The position numbers and the translations under genes are program-made. Source: Hyphochytrium catenoides (Eukaryota; Protista; Hyphochytriomycota). Taken from it: a DNA stretch of 64,000 nucleotides. The notes beneath the pieces were generated by a model. The model did no database searches, was not told the DNA's origin, and worked only from the letters and a program-made list of their open reading frames with translations. Of this stretch, positions 35,436 to 48,200 are shown in pieces (the stretch's first letter is position 1; each line of letters opens with the position of its first letter). The DNA lies in NCBI GenBank assembly GCA_900088475.1, contig FLMG01002348.1, positions 40,768 to 104,767 on the forward strand, given 5' to 3'.

Positions 35436-38400
35436 ATGGCTCAGGCCAAGCGCATCAAGCTGCTCTCGTCTTTGACGGTGCCCTCGATCGAATGGAGTGC
35501 ATCCGGGCAGCGGAGGAGCTTTTCCTCTACCATTACTGGCGGGGGAGGTATGCGGGGAAAGTCCGGCACTACGACCAGTAGCACCGTTTTGGCTCCACTA
35601 GTCTCATTCATCTGCTCCCTCTCCTTCTCTATCCTGCTGCCCCTCTTTCTCGTGCAGCCATCGTGTCATTCTTTTGTCTGCCTCTTGATCTTTCCTGTGT
35701 CTTCCTTTTGCATCCCTGATTGTCTCTCTTTCCCTTCAAGTCCATTATCTTGACCTCCCTCTTTATCCTGCTCTGTCCATCGCTGCTCTCTGAGGTAGAT
35801 GCCCTCCAAGAAAAGATATTGAGCCTGTGCAAGAGGCGAGGCTTCGTCTTCCAGGGGTCTAATATCTACGGCGGGATGAGAAACTCATACGACTACGGAC
35901 CATTAGGTGAGGGACTCACGTCAAACCGTCTGACGGCTTCTACGTTGAGTGCCTACGGCTGTAACTATCCTTTACCTTGCCCGCGCTTCTTGTGATATGT
36001 GGCCGCTTTGGTCCTCTCGGCTGCAGGTGCACAGATGAAGAAGAATATAATGGACGCGTGGTGGCAAGACTTTATAGAGCATAGGCTGGACTGCCTCGCA
36101 CTAGATTCCTCTATCATGCTCCATCCCGAGGGTGAGAAGCAGTGAAGCATACGCTTACGTCTCGCTATCCGTCGTTCTTCTACGTTGTCCTTGGTATCTC
36201 TGGGTCATCGTAGAGCCACCTACCTCTCTGTGGCTTGGTCCTTTTCGTCGCTATGGCGTCGTTGCTGCTATCTTGCTCTCTTCCTATCTTCTCGCACTTC
36301 TGATTCATCCTCTCTTGTGTGGATTGTTCGATTTATGAGACAGTCTGGAAAACGTCTGGTCATGTCGATAAGTTTGTCGATCCGATGACTTCCTGCACTA
36401 CTTGCAAGGCAAGGCACAGGTCAGGGTAGAAAGGACTCTCTACTTTTAGTTACCCATGGCATTTTGGCAAAGCATCCTCCCCGTCTCTCTCTCTCCAGTA
36501 TATATGTAGTCCACCCCACTCCTTTGCAGTCTATCCCGGTTTATTTGTGGGTCTGGGTAGTCATCTCACCTCCTATCTTCCTCTCCCTGTTGATGCGAAC
36601 TCAAGGGTCGCTCTTCCGTCTCTCTGCCCATGAGCACGGTTCAGTCTATCCCCTTTTCCATATCACTCTTCTTCCTCGACATCCTAGGCCTTGGCGATAA
36701 CATCCTCTCTGAGCTCACAGAATATAGCTAATCCATGCGTCTCACCTTTCAACCGTTGCGTCATAAATGGAGACAGGACGGATAAATTGATTGAACAGAA
36801 GCTTTCTGTTCGTGCAGACACTCTTTCTCTCTCTCAGTTGGACGATCTAGTTGCTAAGAACGGCCTGAAATGTCCCTCATGCGGGAATGCCTCTCTAACT
36901 GGTAAGGAACTTGTGAGGAAAGCTGAGCCCAATAGAGGGACAAACAAAGAAGAAGCACATAACATCTGGATCTAGTTGAGAGGTTCTCTTCTGCTCGGTT
37001 ATGATTGTGATCTCTGTCTATCTTAGAGTCGAAGATGTTCAACCTTTTGTTTGAGACCAAGATGGGAGCTACAGCCAGTGAAAAGTAAGTTTCTTCCAAC
37101 GGCCGCATTTGTTAGAATTTATCGTCCCAACCCAGGGCAGAAGCAGATTTAGAGCAAATAAAAGGACGTAGAACGCTAAGAATGCCAGGAAGAACCGGGA
37201 CGACTGAGATGTGCTATACAAAGTATAGGGATACGAAAGGTGGGGGAGTTGCAGGACACCTTCAGTCATCAGTCTCTGATGGCGGTGCTCCGCAGCTGCT
37301 AAATCGAAGAGATAGGTACTAGCATAGACAGCAGTAAGAAAAAGAGAGCACAGAAAGACCTATGAGCGCAGTCCTCTCAGCGAAGAATGCTTTCTTCTAG
37401 GGAGAGCTCTGTCTACCTTCGCCCGGAGACAGCTCAAGGCGCTTTCATTAACTTCGACCTCGTGGCAACGGCCTCAAGGAAGAAGCTTCCGTTTGGTCAG
37501 TAGAAAAACCGCAAGAAGAGGCGACCAAGGAAATTGACACTGATTTTTCCCCCTAACAGGTATTGGTCAGATGGGCAAGTCCTTCCGCAACGAGATCTCT
37601 CCCGGTAATTTCCTCTTTAGGACGGTAGAGTTCGAACAGATGGAGCTGCAGTACTTCTGTGACTTTGCGGAAAGAGAAAAATGGTACTGGTAGTCTCTCT
37701 TCCCGCCTTACAGCAGTTGTTCTCTTGAGTTGTCAGCTCCTCGTTAAAGCCAATTCTGAATTGACCTTGATCTGCAGGTATGCTTACTGGGTGGACTATT
37801 GCTTTGACTGGCTAGTCAAGCTTGGAATCCCGTCCGAAGACCTGCGAAAGCACCAGCATAAGACCGAGGTGGGTCCACCTCTCTCTTCCTACTTGCTTCA
37901 TCTTCCGGCCTAGGAACTAAAATCCTAGGGTTTGCCCTGGTTTGGCCACCATCAAGTTTCTCCCTTTGCTCTCATCTTGTGACTTAACATTCCTTCTTGC
38001 TGCGTTTCCTCCGTGATGACCAGGAGCTGGCACACTATGCGCATGCGACAACAGACATCGAGTTCCGTTTCCCTTTTGGCTGGAGCGAGCTTTGGGGCAG
38101 TACGTGGCGAGAAGCACACTTGGGCCTGTTATTTCCCCGTTGATTGTTGAAGCTCAAGCTATTAGCTTTCCTGGCTCTATTAACATGTTCTTTATCTTGT
38201 TCAACACTCCGTTCGAAAACCAGTTGCAGATCGTGGTGACTATGATTTAAGGAAGCACAGTGAAGCTACTGGACAGGACCTCGCGTACAAGGATAACATG
38301 GACCAGAAGAAGGTTGGTCCATCGGACCTCTCTCCTTCCCTTGTAACTTAAGGCTTACTAAGTCTTCGTGCACTGCATACTTCTCGTGCGTATCAGTCCA

Positions 38401-39517
38401 TGTACCCTTGTGCGATTGAGCCCGCGGTAGGAGCCAACCGCCTGCTTTACGCCTTCTTGGTTTCTGCTTATCATTCCGAGGAGGTAGAGGGCAGGTAAGG
38501 AAATGTTGGGATCTAGCTATTAGAGGAAGGCCTGTCCTCTGCAAGGCTGTTACCTATGATCTTGTGAAGTTAGAGATGCCCAGCATAAGAAAGTGTGAGA
38601 CTCCTTCGTGGCTAACTATTATGATGATAGGGAAAGAGTCGTTCTTAGACTACATCCGCAGATCGCGCCGTATCAGGTGAGCCCAAGAGTCCATTTGCTG
38701 CTTTGTAACTACGAGAATATCTTGTCTCCCTGTGTCACATAAGTTCGTACTTTTACGGTCATACACCATAAAGTTGCCTTCATACACTATAACAGTTGGC
38801 TTTTCAATTCGAGGAGCTTATGCCCTTCGCCCCTCTTCCTTACGCTTGCTTTGGTATACGTAGGGTTGTGGTTGCCTATCTCCTTGAGACACTTACGTGC
38901 GTTCTTCAATAGTTTCTTGTTTCCAAAAGTAGAATTCCGCGCCTAACGCCACCTGTCACAGCTGGCTGTTCTCCCCCTTCTCAAGAAGCCTGAGTTCGTT
39001 CAAGTCGCCACTGAGCTTTCCCACAAGCTTGTTAAGGGCAGACGTGTAGACTTTGACGTAACAGGGAGCATTGGTACCTATTTCAACCCATCTTCCCGCC
39101 ACCACTTCCTCAATGAGATGCTTTCATTTCCTCTTTGCCTCTTGCTCCGTCTGAATCTAAGCTATAGACTACTGGTTCGTACTGTTCCCACGTAATGGTC
39201 AGGGTCCCTTAGACCTCTTTTTCTTTTATACCAGACTTCATCATTCTCCCCGTCAATTCGGCATTTTTCTATCACAGCTCTCCTCGATCACCTCCTCACG
39301 CTTGTGTGCCATTCCTCACTATGTAGGTCGTCGGTACCGGCGTCAGGATGAGATTGGCACTCCTCTTTGTGTGACGGTAGACCATGAGACTCTGACCGAT
39401 GGGACGGTGACAGTCAGAGCGCGAGACTCTTTGAAGCAGATCCGGGTGCACAATGATGAGCTCGTAACAACTGATATTTACAGCTTGTTTGAAAGGTTAA
39501 ATACTATAGATACATGA
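35436..39517 (+). CDS. GARS: Glycyl-tRNA synthetase (class II, homodimeric alpha2 type), probably organellar/mitochondrial; multi-exon
   Basis: [92 protein letters not shown]. Basic/Ser-rich presequence ending RRSFSST. Confidence 0.95.
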
Positions 39518-39816
39518 GGACTGACGCTCGTCTTCAAAAGACCTGCCCATGGCCATGGCTGGTCTCCCTCACCACTAGAATTTGCAGCAAGAGGTGGAGA
39601 AGTAAAAGGACCTGGAAGCGGGAGGTTTTAGCTTTCAATGCCGCGCTGACAAGCTGTTTCCCTTTCTTTCTTGATCCCTACTCAGCCATATTCGCTGGTC
39701 TCTCTTTTGGTGTATCAGACGATAGGAAAGGCCATAAGGGGACCGGATAGGTCTAAGGTGACAATGGCATCAAGGCTAATGAAACGCACCAAACATCATA
39801 AAACCCATGGCGCCTT

Positions 39817-40447
39817 TCACTTCTTCGTCCCTTTAGCTCTACCGGGCTGCTGGGTTGCACCAGCCTTTGCGTTGTTTTGCGCTAGGGTGACCTTGAGATG
39901 CTCCTGGATGGCAGCGATAGGGTTGGTCTGAAAAGCTGGATGCTGCCGCACTAGCTCTAATCGCTTGGATTCTTGTACCACCATCGCTCTTCTTGATTTT
40001 GAAGTCTTCCCTAGCAAAAGGTTAGGCTGGGATCCCTTCTTCGGCCTATAGGATGGCCCCTCTGGACCTTCGTCTAGGGCTGAAAGGAGGCTATCCTTCA
40101 AAGCCCTGACCTCATCAAGCGGTTTCTTGACTTTAGCGCTATCTTGAGCAAGCACTGCCTTGGAGACCATGTCCATCTTCTTTAGAAAGGCTTCCCGCCT
40201 CCTTTGTCGTTTTCTTTGCCCTCTTGAGAGTCCTCCTTGAACGGGATCATCGCCTGCAAACTCGTTCTTCCATAGCATAACCTAAGAGTGCTGCATCTCA
40301 AGTACTTTAACTAACTGAACCTACCTCATCAGTCTTGAGTGCGATCTCATCTTCCTCATAATCATCATCTTCAAGGGGCAATCGGTTCTTAGAGTCTGGA
40401 GCTTTCGCGTGGACACGGTACTTCTTTCGTCGCACTTTGCCTCCCAT
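39817..40447 (-). CDS. SLX9: Ribosome biogenesis factor SLX9 / FAM207A homolog, 2 exons
   Basis: MGGKVRRKKYRVHAKAP N-terminus, basic LSRGQRKRQRRREAFLKK, and C-terminal HPAFQTNPIAAIQEHL motif. Confidence 0.85.
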
Positions 40448-41065
40448 TATGTTATCACCTCACTGTTCCGCCGACGAACTCTCTTTGACGAACCGTCAGT
40501 ATCTGTCTAGAGCCGATGGTCTACCTACCGCTGTGGCTGGTGAGACTTTCACGGCGATCTGTTGATTGCTGACATCATGCTGCACAGAGACTGTTGACGG
40601 AGCTTGCTGCCCAGTCATCCGGCAATCTGCAATGAGAAGCTTCATCCATCTGGTGATTATCATCAAGGGATTACCATATCGGTGTATGTTGGTAGATCCG
40701 GAATCATAATAGGTTTATTAGGTATAAAAGCCGCCTATGTAACGCATGAATTGCCCAGACCTGACACAATAAATGGATCTAATTAACGTCAGAATGGCCA
40801 CAACCATGGGGAAGCTCTTACTTCTGAGCTGTAGGTATGCCAGAAATTTATGCGAAAGACACCCACACCACAAACATGATCGCTCTGACAGGTAGAAATC
40901 CATTCCCGCGCTTTCCCTAGCTTTCCACTGTAGGCTTGGTCTGGGCTTCGCTTCTACCCCAGATCGTCAACACTTCGCCACTTCCAGAGCTTCATTGGCG
41001 TCACAGTCTCTCTCTCCTCTGTGAACAGAAGGCCCATTATCTTAGTATCTAGAATCCTTATAGCC

Positions 41066-42034
41066 ATGGCTGACGATAAGAACCCAGAGGAGACTCCACG
41101 TGAGAATGAGGAGGGTGGCGAGGAGGAGACTGCAAAGGAATCAGAGGAGGCTCAGGTCTACTTCGAGCCAGTAGTTCAGCTTGACGAAGTAGATGTCGTC
41201 AGTGGCGAAGAAGAGGAAGAAGTCATCTTCAAAATGTGAGTGAATCTGACGCTGTTGCTACCAGAAGCGCCAGAGGAAACACATTGCAAGCAGTTATGAG
41301 AGTGGCTTTGCGGCACTTGCTTCTGTTGTTTGTGTCTTAGTCTGTTTGCTTTGGAAGTTCGTAGGCCAGAGGTGCTGTCTCAATGCTGAATGTGCCTTGT
41401 CGTAGGCGATGCAAGGTATTTGTATTCGGGGAGACCCTGCTCGATGTTGGTACGGGCAAGAAGAACTGGAAGGAGCGTGGTACTGGAGATGTCAGGTTTC
41501 TTAAACACAAGGAACTCCAGAAGATTCGCGTCCTCATGCGACAGGAAAAAACATGGAAGATTTGCATCAACCATTTGGTAGACCACCGCGTAGAGCTTCA
41601 GCAGAACATTGGCAGCGACAGATCTTGGGTCTGGAGCGCGTATGACTTCTCGGAGGGCAAGGTCGAGAATCAGGTAGGAATGAATGACATAGTAGCGTAT
41701 TACCTTCGGCGAGTTCTGGCTTTGATGGTTGCTGTGCAGTAGCCTGCTTTACTGTCGCCTTCTTCATCTTTCTTTTGCTTCTCTTCCTTTGGGTGGTAAT
41801 TCATAGGTCTGATATCTCGTTTTCCATTAGGTCTTTGCCGTACGCTTTGCGAGCCCAGAAAATGCACAGAAGTTCAAGGAAGCCTACGATGCTGCCCGCG
41901 AGAACAACAGAAAACTGGAAGCCGGAGAGGATGCTGCTGACACATCAAAGGGAGACGAAGCCGCAGAGGCTCTCTCTGGTCTGAAGGTGGAGGGAAAGAA
42001 GGCTGAGAGTCCCAAGAAGGAAGCAGCGGAGTAG
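41066..42034 (+). CDS. RANBP1: Ran-binding protein 1 (RanBD), 3 exons
   Basis: [79 protein letters not shown]. Stop TAG at 42032-42034. Confidence 0.95.
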
Positions 42035-42587
42035 ATACCAGGACACACGATCTAAATATCAATAATCTTTATCATCAACTTATTATCTCGATTGTTGCTC
42101 CTCCCGTGTTGCTCCCTCACGCCAGTGGCGGTGATGGCCTCTACCTGCCCCAAGCGCACAGATGACATCTCCACGGACGGACGGAGCTTAGTACGAGTAT
42201 GTAGTTCTATGGCAAGGGGAAGGTGCGCTTGTGATGCCTTCCCTTTGATCTACTTTTATTATCTTTTGTTAGGAAATAAAAACAATCTACTACATCCTGT
42301 ATAAAACCACTTGGTGATTCCACATAAAACACATGACTTCTTTTATAATCAATAAAAATCAATAAAATAATACGTCCGAAAAAGATAAAAGGATAAAGGA
42401 TGTGGTTGCATTCTGCAGTGGTTGTTGCGCTTGGCAATCCAATAGCAGCGCCACGGTTGATCTCCGTCCTCCGATGAAAGCTTCACGAGAGTTAGAGAGC
42501 CGTTCAAGCAGTTCATGAACTCCCATGCGCCAGGAAGCTCTTCTTTCCGTTGTGTTTCTCCCTCCTTAGTTGGCCGACTAGCAGACG

Positions 42588-43501
42588 ATGGCCTCGTCTG
42601 CTAATGCCAAGGAGACACAGGAGCTGATCTCCGCCCTGACGAATGCCGTGAGCGAGCTGCATAACTTGAGCGTCGTAGTGGAGCACTTTCAGGAGGAGAG
42701 CCAAGGTGTGCTCTTTAAGAAGATGTAAGAACTGGCTTCTGTCCATTGTCCTTCATCTTCCCTGTCATCTGCACCGTCAACTCCCTTTTGCCTTCTTGCT
42801 TTTCCCGCTCTTCGTTGCTCCTCTAACTTGGCCATAGTGACCAGCTTCTAGTATCGAGTCTTCCGTACGATATGCTTGGGCTTGTTTCAACTGTGGAGAG
42901 CGCTAAACGTCCCATCTCACTGGTCTAATCATTGCATTTCTACAGAAATAACTTCGTTACACACCTCCAGGCAATTGACAAGCTAAACTCAGCAGTGGAC
43001 ATCGCTATCCCAGTAGAACTTCTCGAGTGAGTTCGACCTAGCCGTCAACTGACCCTTTCTTCCTCTGTCAACGCCTTCGTTGGCCTCCTTTCATCTTTCC
43101 TTTTCTCAATCTTTGTCTTCCCTTCTAGTGTGTTAGACAAACCAACTGAGAATAATCCAGAGCTCTACACGAAATCTCAGCTTGAAAAATGCGAGCAAGC
43201 TAGTGAAAAGGCACAGGCTCGAATTGAGAGTTTAGAGGTAACGAAAGAGGTTCCTATCTCTTCAGCCGTTATCATAGTTTCTGGTCTCCATTCATACCTC
43301 TTCGTGTTCTCCATCGCGCTCGGACACTTCCTCCATTGGACTCGTAGAGTAGCCTTGGTTAGCCCCCGCTCAATCTGATGTTGCATCTCGCTCACGCCAT
43401 CAACCGCCCATTCCCTGCAGCTTCTGAAGCAAGAGCTTGAGAGCGCAATGTTGGCCGAGGGTATAGAGTTGCCGAGCTTCGAGGATAAAATGGAGACCTA
43501 A
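42588..43501 (+). CDS. MED10: Mediator complex subunit 10 (Nut2), 4 exons
   Basis: ELHNLSVVVEHFQEESQGVLFKK-INNFVTHL...IAIPVELLE-VLD...NPELYTK matches the MED10 IPxE...D...NPxLYT signature. Confidence 0.85.
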
Positions 43502-45247
43502 TGGTCCCTTACTGCCGCACTTCACTCCTCGGCCTACCCCCGGCCTATCACTCTCACCCTCGTCGATCTTCTTTCGTTGTTATCCTCTCTCTTGCCTACA
43601 GTCGTACGTTGCTTCAATCAATCTGTACTGCTGTGACTTTCACATAAGGTGGACAATGTCGCAGACTTGCTCTTGTGTACCATAAAGACCGCCGTGAGGC
43701 TGTCCAATTCATAAAGCTAAAGGCTTCCCGTGCTGTTGCACTTGCTTCGCGTGCCTCAGAAGCTTCAGCAAGGAAGTCATGACCGAGGGCTAGAGGAAGG
43801 TGGTCCGAGATGAGGAAAGAGAGACAAGTCAGCTGCAGGGCTGATTGATGTCTGAAGAAGCTTCCTCTATGAAGCAATACGTTGTTCAATCAGACCTCCT
43901 ACGTCAGTCCACACCTCTCGTGGCATGAGTGTAAGCATGGGTTGCTGAGACTGGGTTTGGCGCTAAGCGGGCCTGGCTTAGGCCCTTCAGTATCACTCCT
44001 AATGGGCCCTTATTCCTTATTGAACTCAGTAAGCTGTGCAACCATTGGAGCACTTTCTTCCACTTTCTCAAGGCTCCTCCTAATAAGCAGCTTGCTATAT
44101 CTCTCTTGCTACGAGGCCATCGGCTAGCCTTAGAAAGCAGAGGGCTTGGGAAAGCAGATATGCCACGGCTCAAAAGACTGCCCATTTTGCTACTTCTACT
44201 TCCCTCTCTTGGCCACTTCTCTTCTGTATGAACTAGTAAGACAGAAGATCCCATGACCTGAAAGACTACTGTTGCCGTCTCCCATCAGATCTTTGCCGTG
44301 ACACCGCAATGTCGAGGAACAACGTACTCCGGTACGTTCACGCCGGCACAGTTATCTATCTTCTCTATGGCCGTACTCCTTCACCGTTCTACGTGCTATC
44401 AAGCTCCATGTCAAGTTTTAGAATGAATGGAGCAGTGGTTTCTTATACAATTGAGCTCGTCTCGCTAGGATTGCCACACTGTACATGCAGCTTCGCACCG
44501 AGTATTGCCTCTTGTGCTGACATAATCCCTACCATCGCCGTCCACGCCAAGTCTAGCGGGGGCTTTGTGGTCTCTCCACCCACAATAGATCCCAATAGCA
44601 TGCAGATATTCCCTTGGAATCTAGCCATCGCCAGACGACGACGAAGAAAGAGATTCTGACTCCTGACTTCTGATGAGATGAAGCTTTTCAGTCGATCCTG
44701 CGCGTTAGCGGTAAGCATCAGAAGCATTGAGCTTGGAACTCTGGGTGCGATCTGCGGGGCTGACGAAAGTTCTCCATCTCAAGTTGAAGCTCCACAAGCT
44801 CCCAAGAAAGCCGTCTACGCGCCTCTTACTGAAGAGGATCTGTGGTTGAGGAAGAGCAAATGCGCCTCATAGAAGACAGTTGACGTGATAGGCAGAAAGA
44901 GGTAAGACCACCCACGCTCTCTTGCCCATTGAGGCTGTCCGGTAGAAAGCGAAAGTGACATGAAAAGCGCTACCTAGAGACAGCGATCAATGCTTGAGAG
45001 AAAGAAGCGCTGGTATGGATAGATAGTGGGACGAATATACTCAGACGAAGAAGACTAGAGGGATTGCTACCTAAGAACAAGGTCGCGGCGTAGGTGGCTG
45101 ACCAGCACCCTATGGAGAACCTGTGACAAAAATTGAAGCAACGCCTTAACCAGGTTCTCGAGGCAACGGGAAGATAACAGAGTAAGGGAAGAGTGTGCAT
45201 CGTTGAGAAGCGACGTCAGAGTGAGTTGACGCTGCCCAGCCCTGAAA

Positions 45248-48200
45248 ATGGGCGCTCTCTTCTGCTGTCTGGACTGCTGTCGCTGGGGCAATGATTATCC
45301 CTCTCGAGCGGACAGATCAAGGGCCAGGAACAGCTCGGAGGATCTAAAGGAGGTTATCAAGGAGGGAGTCTTAACTAAGGTTGGGGACTATTACAGGTGA
45401 GAGGCAGCAGAGATCCTTGGCTCTAAGACCAAAGGCGATCCAGGGCTCTTTCCTTAGGCCGTCTCCCTTGGGCTCCTTCTACTCTTTCACGGCTCCTGGC
45501 CTGTGCCTTTGTTCTCTCTCAGTAACTTCTCTGGATGATCTGGCGGTCTGCAATGTCTCACCTTAGGCTCTGGTTGAATAGGAAACGTCACTTCGTGCTC
45601 GTCCCAGGGCAGCTGCGATATTATGAGTACAAAGTAGATCTGGGAATGCCGCTGCCTAAGCAGGAGATTCCTGGAGTCAAGCATGTCATCTCTTATCCGA
45701 AGGTAAGGCTAATTTGTGGCTACAAAGCCTTTATGCCTACTGTGCGCAGCAACTGTGGCCAGTAGGCCTTGTCCTTATCCTAGCGCCTTCTCCCTTTCTG
45801 TCAGTAAGCCCTGACACAGCTTCTGCCTCTCTCCTTGCGTCCGCACCAAAAGTCACCTGGCGCTATGGCTCTTACTTCAGTGACTCCTCCTATCTCCAGC
45901 ACCCCTCGAGGGGTGATGTTGCTCAGCCCGGACGAGCGTACGTCAGGTTAGGACAATGTTCCTTCTCTATTGGTGGCGCTCACTACGTTCGACTCTCATG
46001 TGCTCTCCTTCTCTCTCTCTTTCCTGGCTGATAGGAGCTCCTTTCGAGTGGTTTGTTCGACCCAGTTTGACGTCAAGCAATCTCTTTTACCTCAGCGGTA
46101 TCGCCCCTGATGGACAACGCGTTACGTGGACTCTGCAAGGTAGATAATTACTCTGCTCTCCTCTCGTACGGGCGGACAGATGGGGTTCGAAACAGCCACG
46201 CACAAATAGTGGATTGGTCCTGTCCTCTGAGGCTATCTTGCTTCATAACAAGATCAGAACGGAACCTCCGTTTGCAGCTGATGGCATGGCGCGGCAGCGC
46301 AGGTCGACAGCGGGAAGGGAGAGAAAGACTGAAAAGGGGTAAAAGGAGTGGGATGCAAAAAAGAGTCGATCTGCATAAGACCGCTCTGAGTAGGTTCCGA
46401 ACGAAGCAACGCCTTGACAGAGGGAGTTGAGGCAGTATAGGAGAGTTAGTTTCTGTAAGAATCAGGGAACAAGGGGACTAAAATACTCTCCATGGTTCAA
46501 TGGGCGTTGGGCTTCATCCCTGCAGCCGCAACAGCCAAGGACCGGGAGAGCTGGATCTTGAAGCTTCGAATTGCGGCACGTCCAGCTTGGGCGCGGAATC
46601 TTCCATACTGTCAGATCTGCAAGTCTAAGTTCACGTGTTTTCGAAGGCGGCATCACTGCAGGTATGCAATTTAGGTGTGCCGAGAGAGAGAAGAATGATG
46701 GAGAACAGAGAGATGGATAGGAGAATGGTAGATCTTAGTCTTCAACTTTGCAGGAACTGCGGTACTCTTATATGCCAAGATTGCATCTCATGCTATGAAA
46801 AGATCGTGGTGCTAGGCTTTGGATCTCCGGTAGGGCGGAGGGTCATGCGTCTCTCTTATAACTATTCTCCACTCGCACCGTGTCTCTTTCAAATCCTCTC
46901 CATGTCTTTTTCCATGAGCCGCTTCTTTCTTTCGGCTTGTCGACGCTAAGATGGTCTTAGCCTGTCATGGGGCCTGCTTGTCCTAAAATCATCTCGCTCG
47001 ACTGGTGCATGGGCCGGTTATCCTAGCTCTGACCTAGCTTCCAGTGTGTCATGCTTTGGTTATGGCAAATATCAAATGTCCTCACCTGTCTTCTTTCTTT
47101 ATTAAAAGGTACCCATATGCCGAGACTGTCGTCCTCGCAAGGAGGGGATAGAAGTCGGCTCCAGGGTCTCTGTCTATGGAAAGCATACCGGCTATGTTAT
47201 GTATGCAGGGGTACCGCCTCCTGGAACCCGAAGAAGGCAAGCAATCCTTATAGAGTGAAGAAGAAATCGGTGCATCGCACCTTTTGAGCCTTTCTTTTCT
47301 TATTGGAAGGCATTCAGCGTATCCGGCACTTCATACCAGACGAGAAGACACCTTGCTTCTTTTTGCCTCCTGCTCTACATCACTTACGCTCCGAGGAATG
47401 CTTTAGTCGTCGGGCCCTTCGCGGTCCTACTTAACTGTTGGTCTTCAGTCATGCTCCTCCGTTTACTTTCCTTCTCCTTCTCAGCTGAAGCCTTTTGACA
47501 GACTACTTTCCTTCTCCTTCTCAGCTAAAGCCTTTTGAGAGACTAACATTTTTTCTATCCCGTCTGTCAAAAGGGCTCAGGAAGTTTACGGCGTAAGGCT
47601 GGACAAGAGTCTAGGAGACAATGATGGCTCTCCCTTCTTTTCTTGTGCGTTGGGCCATGGCCTCTATGTCCCGAAGGTTCATGTCTCCCGCTTTTCAGAA
47701 CAGCTTGTCGCAGCTACTAGAATTAAGGTATGTGTCGCTTCGTTATAAAGGCTTGCCTTATCCTCATCTCACCCTTGTGGCTATTCCTGCATGACTTTAT
47801 AGTGTCAGGTCAGACGATATCTAGCAACGCGTCGTGTAAATGCTATCCGGGACAGGCGTGTTTGGAATGCTCTGGACACCCGTCGCGAGGACAAGGCGAT
47901 CGCTAGAGGTTAGAAGGACAGGAAACTTGTCTTACACTCCAGTACCGCTTCCTTTAGGAAGTCAGGGCTATATTTCACTTGTGGTTCTCTTAAACTCTCT
48001 TTCCTTGTATGGCCTTCATTTCCTTTTCGTCGTCGCTGCAGAAACAACAAACAGAGGATGGCTTCTCGTGGGAGAACCTTGCTTACATATTGCTACTCTT
48101 ACTCTCGGCTCAAACAATAGATTTACCGCATCATTCACACCAAGCGCTGGCCAGACAACCTTCTGGCTCAAACCTGGATTGGGCCGCGGTGAGTTACTCC

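Noticed and set aside
43600-45240. Short ORFs between MED10 and the phosphatase, including a CTC motif suggestive of a SWIM finger
   Set aside because: The remaining SWIM ligands are missing and no consistent exon chain could be built.
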